Part shown: piece by piece, positions 10,227 through 18,647 of the stretch | How the letters are laid out: the number at the start of each line of letters is the position of its first letter | How positions within the stretch are numbered: position 1 is the stretch's first letter | Origin: Nitrosococcus oceani ATCC 19707 | GTDB taxonomy: Bacteria; Pseudomonadota; Gammaproteobacteria; Nitrosococcales; Nitrosococcaceae | NCBI RefSeq assembly: GCF_000012805.1 | Contig: NC_007484.1 | Span: 2,940,001-2,972,000 of the forward strand | Length of the DNA: 32,000 nucleotides | Reading direction: 5' to 3' | The notes under the pieces: model-generated | Database searches by the model: none | The model's input: only the letters and a program-made list of their open reading frames with translations | What the model was told of the DNA's origin: nothing | Program-made: the position numbers and the translations under genes

Positions 10227-10826
10227 GTGAGTTTATTCGGCCTTTCCCTAGGACGCCTCCTTGAGGCCCTGCGCTGCCTTCCCGGCGTTGGCCCTAAATC
10301 CGCGCAGCGCATGGCCTTTCACCTATTGGAATCTGATCGGGAAGGGGGACGACACCTTGCCCAAGCATTGTTGGAGGCGCTGGACAAGATGACGCACTGC
10401 CAAACTTGCCGCATCCTCAGTGAAACCGATCTATGCTCCCTCTGTGCCGATTCCAGACGGGATCGCGGGCAACTTTGTGTTGTGGAAATGCCCAGCGATG
10501 TTCAAGCTATTGAGCAAGCAACAAGCTATTCTGGTAGATATTTCGTTCTAATGGGGCACCTATCTCCCCTTGATGGCGTAGGTCCCGAAGCATTGGGTAT
10601 GGACTTGCTGGCAAAACGATTGGATACAGATCAAATTCGCGAGGTTATCCTTGCCACTAATCTAACCGTTGAGGGCGAAGCAACCGCCTATTACATCAGT
10701 GAATTGGCGCAAACTCGAGGGATCACTACCACCCGTATTGCCCATGGAGTTCCTCTAGGTGGTGAGCTTGAATTCATTGATAGCAACACCCTATCCCACG
10801 CCTTCCAAAGTCGCCGGCATCTTTAA
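10227..10826 (+). CDS. recR: Recombination protein RecR
   Basis: GTG start. HhH region [17 protein letters not shown], zinc finger [16 protein letters not shown], and a Toprim segment [14 protein letters not shown]. Confidence 0.95.
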   Translation: MSLFGLSLGRLLEALRCLPGVGPKSAQRMAFHLLESDREGGRHLAQALLEALDKMTHCQTCRILSETDLCSLCADSRRDRGQLCVVEMPSDVQAIEQATSYSGRYFVLMGHLSPLDGVGPEALGMDLLAKRLDTDQIREVILATNLTVEGEATAYYISELAQTRGITTTRIAHGVPLGGELEFIDSNTLSHAFQSRRHL

Positions 10827-11068
10827 GGCACTAGCACGGCTTATGAATTGCCAGTATACTGTTTGTTTTGAAGTTTCGCCATGACTGATAGCAATTTTAT
10901 TCTACTACAAAACCTCATCAGCCTGGAGAATTCGCGCTTCAACGGGTACCTCGGGCTGGCCACGACTTAGCGCGCAAGGCCCTCGGTTGGGTATCACCCT
11001 CCACGCGCATCACTTCTCCTCCTCCCGAGGATAGGTCGCGCTTGTGGCAACGAGAAAATCATAGCGCC

Positions 11069-11090
11069 AATTCATGGCAAATTCATGGCA
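11069..11090. repeat. Perfect tandem duplication of the 11-bp unit AATTCATGGCA (x2)
   Basis: Read directly: cc|aattcatggca|aattcatggca|aaacg. The junction produces TGGCAAATTCATGGCA (11075-11090). Confidence 0.95.
11075..11090 (+). promoter_or_regulatory. Candidate sigma54 (-24/-12) promoter-like element
   Basis: TGGCAAA-TTCA-TGGCA compared with the consensus TGGCACG-N4-TTGCW. The GG and GC dinucleotides have the correct spacing, and there is one mismatch in the -12 element. This is motif resemblance only. Confidence 0.2.
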
Positions 11091-11147
11091 AAACGCAAGC
11101 AGCTCGGCGCTCGATGCGCCACCTCGTTTCGCACTCTCGCTGGAGGG

Positions 11148-11183
11148 AATTAAACATCCATGTTTAATTCAAATGCTTTTTTT
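11148..11183 (+). terminator. AT-rich perfect 10-bp inverted repeat followed by a T7 run (possible intrinsic terminator or operator upstream of aat)
   Basis: AATTAAACAT-cc-ATGTTTAATT occupies 11148-11169, followed by caaatgc and TTTTTTT (11177-11183). The stem is entirely A/T-rich and there is a 7-nt gap before the T run, so it is atypical. Confidence 0.3.
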
Positions 11184-11215
11184 CTCATCTCACTACGATA
11201 TTTGGATTAGCCCCC

Positions 11216-11938
11216 ATGGAGGAATTTCATTGTATTGACTCTAATAGGCTAGCCAACGCATTCCCCCACCCTAGGCTAGCGCTGGCCGAACCAAACGGGC
11301 TGCTAGCTGTTGGCGGCGATCTTTCACCAGAACGGCTTATAATGGCCTATAGACAGGGTATCTTTCCCTGGTACAACCAGGGACAACCTATCCTCTGGTG
11401 GTCGCCTGATCCTCGCCTGATTTTATTCCCACAACAGCTGCATATTTCCCGAAGTTTACACAAACGGCTACGCAGGGGAATCTATCAGGTCACGTTAGAT
11501 CTAGACTTTCCCGGGGTAATTCAAGCCTGCGCTAGTCCCCGCCAGGATGGCGAGGGAACCTGGATCACTTCTGAAATGAAAAGCGCCTATAATCGTCTCC
11601 ACGAAATGGGAATAGCACATTCGGTAGAAACTTGGGAAGACAAGGAGCTAATTGGAGGACTCTATGGGGTCAGCATAGGCCGTATCTTTTTCGGCGAATC
11701 TATGTTCAGCAAGCGCCCCGACGCCTCTAAAATAGCATTCGTCTACCTCTGCCGCCAACTCCAGCGGTGGGGCTTTCCCCTCATTGATTGTCAAATCCAA
11801 TCTGAACACCTGCAACGCCTGGGTGCCCAAACCCTTCCCCGGAACAAGTTTCTCCACTGGCTTCATGAATTCTCTAATAGCCCCTCGCTCAAAAGGCCAT
11901 GGCACTTCGACCCGGACCTTTTAAAGAATTCCTTATGA
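11216..11938 (+). CDS. aat: Leucyl/phenylalanyl-tRNA--protein transferase
   Basis: [55 protein letters not shown] and LIDCQ are characteristic of Aat. Confidence 0.9.
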
Positions 11939-12651
11939 CCTCCTACTGGAATTTTGACTTCTACCTTTCCCCCCCCCAGCCTTGCAGCTACCTGCCGGAC
12001 CAAACTGCTACCAACCTTTTTGCCGATCCGGAAGCTGCTATGGATATTGCCCGCTATAGCACCCTAGTGCGCCTTGGATTCCGCCGCAGTGGCCGCCTTG
12101 TGTACCGGCCCCGCTGCCTCCATTGTTCCGCCTGCCAACCAGCGCGGATTCCGGTGGCTCAATTTCGGCCTAACCGGAGCCAGCGACGGGCCTGGAAATT
12201 TAACCAAGATTTAAGCGCTTGCTACCGACCTGTGGAATTTCGTGCCGAGCACTTTGACCTTTTCCGCCGCTATCTGGGTACCCGTCACCCTCAAGGCGGC
12301 ATGGACGATTCAACGCCCGAGGATTATCTTAACTTTATCGCCAGTGGCTGGAATGAGACTTCTCTAATTGAGTTTCGCGACGGCAAGGAACAGCTACTTG
12401 CCGTCGCAGCTGTAGATGCCCTCACCGATGGGCTGTCAGCGGTTTATAGCTTTTTCGACCCAAACGCAAAAAAACGCAGTTTAGGGACTTATATTATCCT
12501 GTGGGAAATCGGTGAAGCCAAAGCGCTTAACCTTCCCTATGTCTACCTGGGATACTGGATTAAAAACAGCCATAAAATGAGCTATAAATCTGCTTTTCAT
12601 CCATTAGAAGTCTATCAAGACAAAAAGTGGAGCATTCTTAAGGAAACATGA
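11935..12651 (+). CDS. bpt: Arginyl/leucyl-tRNA--protein transferase of the Ate1/Bpt family
   Basis: The start is set at the ATG at 11935 ([23 protein letters not shown]), which overlaps the aat stop as ATGA. Motifs CSYLP, FRRSG, YRPxCxxCxxC and YVYLGYWI are typical of the bacterial Bpt/ATE family. Confidence 0.85.
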
Positions 12652-12704
12652 TAAAATCCGAGCGCTAACAATTTTACCCATTAACAGGAGATCATTGAAA
12701 CTGC

Positions 12705-12923
12705 ATGGCAAAAGAAGACAGCATCGAAATGGAAGGAACAGTGGTAGATACCCTGCCCAATACCATGTTTCGGGTAGAATTGGAAAACGGTCATGTCATT
12801 ACCGCCCACATTTCTGGAAAAATGCGCAAGCACTACATTCGTATCCTGACCGGGGATAAAGTAACTGTCCAATTAACCCCCTATGATCTCAGTAAAGGCC
12901 GAATTGTCTATCGCGCCCGCTAG
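12705..12923 (+). CDS. infA: Translation initiation factor IF-1
   Basis: [72 protein letters not shown] is nearly identical to canonical IF-1. Confidence 0.98.
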   Translation: MAKEDSIEMEGTVVDTLPNTMFRVELENGHVITAHISGKMRKHYIRILTGDKVTVQLTPYDLSKGRIVYRAR

Positions 12924-13048
12924 CCTTACCTTTCTTCCCTCCCCTTTTTGGTCCTTTTATAACTTTATACTTCGGAGTGGTTACTGCGCGCTCTAGGCAA
13001 TTGGCCCGAGTGGAGCAGTTACCACCATCCTACACTGTCCTTACCATT

Positions 13049-13558
13049 TTAGGTCAATTTCCCTGCGCCGCCGCCTGTCCGTCCCATTTGCCATAGACTT
13101 ATTACCCCTAAAAACAGAAAAGCTACCAACGTCCATCCGGGGATGGTCAACCCTAAAAAACTCCATTGAACTTCGGCACACTCTCCAGAACCGCGGAATA
13201 CTAATTCCAGAGTCTCGGTCAAAGGGAAATTGTCTAGCATAAAATTTAGCCCAGGACCGCAAGCAGGCACCTGATCGGCTGGAAGACTCTGCAACCACAC
13301 ATGACGCCCCGTTATGCCTATCCCGATTAGGGTCACTACAAATCCCAATAAGGCATATACTTTTATTCCCCAGCTTTTAGGATTATGAAGCGCAGCTACT
13401 AAAAACACCCCCCCGATAGCCAATACCGCCACGCGGGATAAGATGCAGAGCGGGCAAGGCTCCAAGTTCTCGACAAATTGAAAATAGCCCGCTATCGCTA
13501 GCATTAAAGCGCACAGAAAAAAACCTAAAAAGAAAACCCAACGGACTGAAAGCCTCAT
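13049..13558 (-). CDS. dsbB: Disulfide bond formation protein B
   Basis: 169 aa with four predicted transmembrane segments. A CPLC motif follows TM1 (LEPCPLCILSR) and a second periplasmic Cys pair follows (VPACGPG...GSGECAEVQW), as in DsbB. Confidence 0.82.
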   Translation of the reverse strand: MRLSVRWVFFLGFFLCALMLAIAGYFQFVENLEPCPLCILSRVAVLAIGGVFLVAALHNPKSWGIKVYALLGFVVTLIGIGITGRHVWLQSLPADQVPACGPGLNFMLDNFPLTETLELVFRGSGECAEVQWSFLGLTIPGWTLVAFLFLGVISLWQMGRTGGGAGKLT

Positions 13559-13669
13559 AAAACATGCTCCTCAAAACAAAAATAAATATTCCAGAGAGAA
13601 ACTTTTGCTATTATCCCTAATAAAGAAGGCTAATCACTCATAGTATTTTAGAAAAAAAGGAAAGCCAAG

Positions 13670-14197
13670 ATGGATACACAGGACAAAGACGCTAGACTTG
13701 CCCGCGCTTACCATAAAATGGTGAGCCGGGTACGCTCCCTCGTAGGCGAGGAAGAAAGCAAAGACGAACCTGAGGTCTCCAAAGGTATCGAAGCCGCCAA
13801 GCAAAAAGCCGTTGAAACGGGCGAGCTGAGCCAGGAAGAAGCGGATCGGCTAGGAGAGTACCTCCGCCGCGATCTGGAAGACGCGGCAAGGTACTTGAGT
13901 GATACTGGGAAGGCCCTGAGCGACTGGCTCATGCTGGATCTTGAACTCATTGAAGAGCAACTGCTGGACGCCTTTTCCCAAGTCGCGGATAAAACCCGCT
14001 TTGAGTTGGCCCTCTGGGCAGAACAGGCCCGCCATGCCCAAGATTACCAGACAGGAGAGATTATTGGTATAGGGACTTTTGCATGCCTACATTGCGGCGA
14101 GCGGCTCCATTTTCACCAGGCCAGTCCCCTGCCGCCCTGCCCTAAGTGCCACCATACCCTCTTCCAGCGCCTCAAGCGAAGCGAAGAGCGCAGCTAA
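13670..14197 (+). CDS. Zinc-ribbon-containing protein (DUF1451-like)
   Basis: 175 aa. The N-terminal half is coiled and acidic (AYHKMVSRV...DWLMLDLELIEEQLL). The C-terminal CxxC-x(17)-CxxC ribbon is CLHCGERLHFHQASPLPPCPKCHH. The family assignment is from memory. Confidence 0.7.
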   Translation: MDTQDKDARLARAYHKMVSRVRSLVGEEESKDEPEVSKGIEAAKQKAVETGELSQEEADRLGEYLRRDLEDAARYLSDTGKALSDWLMLDLELIEEQLLDAFSQVADKTRFELALWAEQARHAQDYQTGEIIGIGTFACLHCGERLHFHQASPLPPCPKCHHTLFQRLKRSEERS

Positions 14198-14228
14198 AAA
14201 AGGGGCGCCATAGCGGCGCCCTTTTTTA
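14196..14228. terminator. Bidirectional intrinsic terminator between convergent genes
   Basis: AAAAAA-GGGGCGCC-atagc-GGCGCCC-TTTTTT. This is a 7-bp G/C stem (14203-14209 pairing with 14215-14221) with a 5-nt loop. The A6 run on one side and T6 run on the other would serve both the zinc-ribbon gene (+) and the porin gene (-). Confidence 0.85.
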
Positions 14229-14246
14229 GCTGCAAGGATTATTTAC

Positions 14247-15578
14247 TTACCAGAAGAAGTAACCACCAACACCCACTACATTAGCCTTTTGTTCCTGGCC
14301 GCCGTGCCACTCATTCTCCACCCGGGAGTATTCCGCTACCAACTTCAAGTTGGCGTTAACGTCGTGGTAAATACCTACCACATAGGAATTTTGTTCCTCA
14401 AGCCGGGCTCCACCAGCGCCTACGCAGGAACCGCCGCCAGTGCGGCAGCTTCTGTCATTGGAAGTCTCATCCGCTTCCGAACGGCCATAGCTCGCCGCCA
14501 CCTTAGTATGACCCAGGATAGTGTAGCCTCCCTGAACCAACCAACCCTTATTATCCCGTTTCTGTCCCGTGGCATCCAGGGAATCCGCATCCATGAGGAA
14601 GGAAGTGCCCAGACCCTCGCCATCGTAGTAGGAGCCATTGACCTCAAACCCCATGAACTGGACCTGGGTACCCGCAGTCCAGCCCCAAACACTAAAATCG
14701 TCATCCCCGAAGCCGCCGCCTACACTTTGGCGTTTAACGTTCTGGTACATTCCAGAGCCCCAAACCTGGTAGCTGCCGTTATTGAAGGTGCCAGCATAAC
14801 TGATCTCGCCCTCGCCCCGGGGGGAGTTAGTCTCGGTGGCACAATTCGCACCGCTTGCAAAGACAGCTCCTTCACCACAGACCTTGGAAGGGTCCACAGC
14901 CGCTAGGGAGACCTTAAAACCCATCATATCGGGGCTGGTCCAGCGAACCTGGGAGTTAAAGTTAGGATAAAGATAACCATAACCAATCCGTCCCAAGGTA
15001 AAACCGCCCCCATGGACACTGCCGGTGGCACCCACACCAAACAGGGTCTGGTCAGTGAGGATATTCTTGCCCATGAACAGGGATAAGGTCCGACCCAAAA
15101 GCACTTGACCGAAAGCCCCGTCCACGGTAAAGAAGGCTTCCCGGAATTCAAGATTGCCGCCAAAATCAGAGGTGGAATCACTTCTTACCTTACCGATACC
15201 CGAATCACCAAACCCACCATTTACACCCAAATCGCTGTTCTTGGTATTGGCATTGTTGGTCTGACCAGCAAAACTGACCCGCCCCCCTATGTCCAACCCA
15301 TTCCAGGTGGGAGCCTTCACATTGAAGCTGAACAGAGCCGGCATCAGCCCGGTACGAAAACGGCTGGACTTCTCGTCCGCAAAATTCATATTACCGCCCA
15401 CCACTCCACCAGGCCGTGCATCCGGATCGGTCCAGACATAGAATTGGTTGATATTACCGTCAAAGCTGACTTCCCAACCGTTCTCTCCCCCTACCACGAC
15501 GACAGCCCCCGCCGGCAGCGAAAGTCCCATGGCGGCGGCCGCAGCTACCGCAAGTTTGGTTTTTTTGAAATTATTCAT
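14247..15578 (-). CDS. Outer-membrane beta-barrel porin (subfamily unknown)
   Basis: I prefer the ATG at 15578 (MNNFKKTKLAVAAAAAMGLSLPAGA, a signal peptide preceded by AAGGGG) over the track start at 15698. The sequence is Gly/aromatic-rich with an alternating pattern and a C-terminal YFFW, typical of OMP barrels. Confidence 0.72.
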   Translation of the reverse strand: MNNFKKTKLAVAAAAAMGLSLPAGAVVVVGGENGWEVSFDGNINQFYVWTDPDARPGGVVGGNMNFADEKSSRFRTGLMPALFSFNVKAPTWNGLDIGGRVSFAGQTNNANTKNSDLGVNGGFGDSGIGKVRSDSTSDFGGNLEFREAFFTVDGAFGQVLLGRTLSLFMGKNILTDQTLFGVGATGSVHGGGFTLGRIGYGYLYPNFNSQVRWTSPDMMGFKVSLAAVDPSKVCGEGAVFASGANCATETNSPRGEGEISYAGTFNNGSYQVWGSGMYQNVKRQSVGGGFGDDDFSVWGWTAGTQVQFMGFEVNGSYYDGEGLGTSFLMDADSLDATGQKRDNKGWLVQGGYTILGHTKVAASYGRSEADETSNDRSCRTGGGSCVGAGGARLEEQNSYVVGIYHDVNANLKLVAEYSRVENEWHGGQEQKANVVGVGGYFFW

Positions 15579-16685
15579 AAATACCCCTTTGTTAACTATA
15601 CAGAAACTGATGATTATTCGATGCCCCAAACCCCAAGGTTTAAGGCGTTTGTGGCATTTTAACCACTTTACCGGCCATTGCAAGGTTTTTTGCAACAATA
15701 TTATCAGACATCCCTGTTCACTTGCCCTTACCTACCGACAGGACAAATTTTTTATTTAATTTTTCTTTACCTCAATAGCTTGTTTCAATAGTTAAATAAT
15801 CTTCTTTAAGTTTTATACCATTGGGAGCATTTGATCAACATGCAATTACACTAAGTTATATTTGATAAATTTTGCTATCTTAAAGAATCTATTTGTATGA
15901 TTTTTACAACAAACCCATATCCCCTTTCAGAGATAAAGGTAAGCCCATGCTAAATTCGACTAGAAAGGGCTTGCGGAGCGTTTCCTGTCTCCCGTTTCAC
16001 CCATGCCAGGGACGCTTCAAAATTTTCACCGAGGCACTTAAGTTAGCAGGTAAGCTATACTAAATATATATAGTATTTTCATTTAGTTAGACTCATCCTT
16101 TTAGGAGTTTAAAACAGATTTTAGGCCATGCTAGTGGAGTGAGGATGCGGGAAATGACTAAGCCAAGGCTCGATATAATATTTCTTTAGTTTGCGCTTGG
16201 TTTTTTTACAGAAAGTGATTGGCCTTTGAGCAGGCCATATCAAGGGAGTTAAGCGCAGATGAATAAGGAGGCAGATAAAGGGGTTGAGCGCTGCTTTGTT
16301 TAAAATGAAATCATAATCCCCCTGGCTGTTATTATTATGCATGGGGGCACTATCCAGGACCACTTACTAGCCCGGTCTCAATTGCGGGGGCAAGAGATTC
16401 TCCAAGAAAGAGAGAAACACGGACCCGCTCTAAGCACCCCCAAAGCACACGGCCCTGAGCAGTTATTGGAACAAGGCCCCCCACGGGTGCTGATATGGCT
16501 GCCCTCTGGATGACGCTGAAATGCTACCCCACACTCCTAGCATCTCTATTAATAGCGGGCACATAACACTTCCCCGCAAGCCAGCAGGCAGGGCGCATCT
16601 AAAAAGACACGTGCTCGCCGGGAATATCGAGCAGTGTGCGCCGTGCGCAAAAAAGGGTTCATTCTGCCAGGATTTTAGTACAAAA

Positions 16686-17153
16686 TTACCGCCGAGCCCG
16701 GAAAAAGGCGGATAGAATCGCCCCACAGGACTCTGCCAGAACTCCCCCTTGGCACTCAACTTGGTGGTTAAGCCGCTCGCCAGGAAGAATATTCAGCGCA
16801 CTACCCGCTGCCCCTCCCTTCGGATCAAAAGCGCCGAATACCACCCGTTGAATTCTTGCCTGGATGATGGCGCCGGCACACATGGCGCAGGGCTCTAGCG
16901 TTACATAGAGGGTTGTCCCCACTAACCGGTAATTACCAAGCTTCTGGCTAGCTGCGCGAATGGCCTGGATTTCGGCATGGGCTGTGGGATCATGACTATT
17001 AATAGGACAATTCCAACCCTTACCTACCATTTCACCTTCCTGCACCACTACTGCCCCTACCGGGACTTCTCCCGCCTCTTCAGCATATCGGGCAAGGGCC
17101 AGGGCATGGTGCATCCATGGAATATCTTTCTCCCCAGGAGGGCTACTAATCAT
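16686..17153 (-). CDS. tadA: tRNA adenosine(34) deaminase TadA
   Basis: The CDA zinc motifs HAEIQAIR and TLEPCAMCAGAI, together with VPVGAVVV and RVVFGAFDPKGGAAGS. Confidence 0.92.
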   Translation of the reverse strand: MISSPPGEKDIPWMHHALALARYAEEAGEVPVGAVVVQEGEMVGKGWNCPINSHDPTAHAEIQAIRAASQKLGNYRLVGTTLYVTLEPCAMCAGAIIQARIQRVVFGAFDPKGGAAGSALNILPGERLNHQVECQGGVLAESCGAILSAFFRARR

Positions 17154-17632
17154 ATCTCCACAAGAATCACAACTACTCGCTTGTTAATAAGCTCAAAATC
17201 CGATACCGGGGCAAGCTTCCTGGGGAAGAAAACACAGCTGCCACTGCCAATAACGGTTCCTTGGTTGCGATAAACTTTTTTCTACTTTCGATCTACCCAT
17301 AACAAAAGTTTACAATGAGATACAAATAAAACTTACGCTGGCTACTACGATTTTTTATCTCGCTGCAAAATCTGTTAGTTTCCCTAGAGCACTATCGCAA
17401 ATAAAACAATTGTTGCAAATTTTCAAGTTCGCCCCGGTCAATCGAAATACGCCGGAAGATACCTTGGAAGCTGGCTTTACCGACCATGGAGCAGTATTAA
17501 ATCTGCTGACAGAAAATATATGAGACCTCTATCCGCTACCCTAGATGCACCGTTTTCGGTAGGCCATGAAAAACAAATAGCTTATCCTGAATAAAAAATC
17601 CTGCAATTGTCCACCGAACCGAGGCCATTAAT

Positions 17633-18535
17633 ATGACCATCAACCACACAATTCTGGACGCCATTGGCAAAACACCTTTGCTAGATATGGGAGACGGCAT
17701 TCTTGCCAAATGCGAATTTCTGAATCCTTCTGGCTCCATTAAGGCGCGGATAGCTAAATATATGATTGAAAAAGCGGAAATGGAAGGTTTGCTGAGGCCC
17801 GGCGATACCATCGTCGAAGCCACCAGCGGCAACACGGGGAACGCCATGAGCATGGTCGCAGCTATCAAAGGCTACCGCATGATAGTAGTCATGCCGGCTG
17901 GCTATACTTCCGAGAGAGTCAAAATTTCCCGCGGCCTGGGCGCCGAAATAAAATTCGTCGGCCATTTTCAGGTCAATGACGCCCTACGCGCAGCCCAGGA
18001 ACTTGGCGCCCAGGAAGGTTATTATTGTCCTCGGCAATTCGATAATGAATGGAATGTGGATGAAAACCGGGACTGGCTCGGCCAGGAGATCATTGCCCAG
18101 ATCCCGGAAACCATGCGGATCGATGCTATCGTCCAGGGCGTTGGTACCGGCGGCACCCTGATCGGCGTTTCCCAAGCCTTGCGCCAATGGCACAACGACC
18201 AACTCAAAGTTTACGCTATGGAGCCCAAGGAATCCCGCACCCTTGAATGTTGCATTGTAGCTGATCACCAGATTGAAGGCATTTCCGATGGTTTTGTTCC
18301 GACCATCTATCAGCGCCATCGGAGCGAAATCGATGAAATCGTCTCTGTGGAAAGTGAGACGGCGATTGAAGTCTCCAAGGAACTTGCGCGGAAACGGGGC
18401 CTCTTTGTTGGTCCAAGTTCCGGGGCTAATGTTTGGGCGGCCCAGGAGATCAGGCGCCGCAATCCTGAAATCAAAACCGTCCTCACGTTCCTCTGCGACA
18501 AAGCTGAAAAATATCTGTCTCTCATGTATAGCTAG
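17633..18535 (+). CDS. PLP-dependent cysteine synthase / cystathionine beta-synthase family enzyme (fold type II)
   Basis: CEFLNPSGSIKAR contains the PLP lysine. TSGNTG is the substrate (Asn) loop. GVGTGGT and the SSG motif are also present. 300 aa. The true substrate is not deducible from the sequence. Confidence 0.8.
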   Translation: MTINHTILDAIGKTPLLDMGDGILAKCEFLNPSGSIKARIAKYMIEKAEMEGLLRPGDTIVEATSGNTGNAMSMVAAIKGYRMIVVMPAGYTSERVKISRGLGAEIKFVGHFQVNDALRAAQELGAQEGYYCPRQFDNEWNVDENRDWLGQEIIAQIPETMRIDAIVQGVGTGGTLIGVSQALRQWHNDQLKVYAMEPKESRTLECCIVADHQIEGISDGFVPTIYQRHRSEIDEIVSVESETAIEVSKELARKRGLFVGPSSGANVWAAQEIRRRNPEIKTVLTFLCDKAEKYLSLMYS

Positions 18536-18647
18536 CAGCTAAACTCTCTACTAAGGGAGGAAGCGTCACCGCAAAGGGAGCATGCCAGTCCCGTTGATAA
18601 AAAAACGGAACAATGCGAATTAACCCGAATTTAAGGAGCTCTACTCT

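Noticed and set aside
14289-15662. Long antisense ORFs within the porin gene (14289-14906, 205 aa; 15105-15662, 185 aa; 15448-15759, 103 aa).
   Set aside because: They lie opposite a gene with a strong signal peptide, barrel pattern and C-terminal aromatic residue. Their translations are low-complexity (Pro/Ala/Gly/Thr-rich) with no RBS. These are typical shadow ORFs of a Gly-rich coding region.
16090-16340. Possible CsrB/RsmZ-like sRNA, because of several GGA-containing words (AGGAG, TGGAG, AGGAT, GGGAA, GGGAG, AGGAGG, AGGAC).
   Set aside because: I counted about 7 GGA in about 260 nt, against roughly 4 expected by chance. There is no regular hairpin-loop presentation, no GacA-box (TGTAAG-N6-CTTACA) and no clean terminator.
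16121-16363. 80-aa minus-strand ORF (MVLDSAPMHNNNSQGDYDF...KKTKRKLKKYY...) in the porin-tadA gap.
   Set aside because: It has a non-ATG start, no Shine-Dalgarno sequence, an odd composition and no recognisable family. It is kept only as part of the unexplained region and is not called as a gene.
16380-16700. Checked the G+C-normal non-coding block for RNase P RNA, tmRNA, 6S RNA, and TPP, B12, glycine and Mn riboswitch cores.
   Set aside because: The diagnostic strings are absent on both strands. I looked for GAGGAAAGTCCGGGC, a tRNA-like GGTTCGAATCC...CCA end, CTGAGA/ACCTGA, and the B12 box. A GGGGTGC word on the minus strand lacks the rest of the TPP core.
16463-16851. ORFs 16463-16759 (-), 16521-16715 (+) and 16636-16851 (+) around the 3' end of tadA.
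   Set aside because: They overlap one another and tadA. The translations are Arg/Pro/Ser-rich nonsense with no start context.
17536-18542. Multiple antisense and alternate-frame ORFs inside the CysK-like gene (for example 17536-17868, 17984-18319 and 18273-18542), with similar ones inside the ALDH gene.
   Set aside because: They fall entirely within genes that have clear catalytic motifs in the called frame, and their translations lack any family features.
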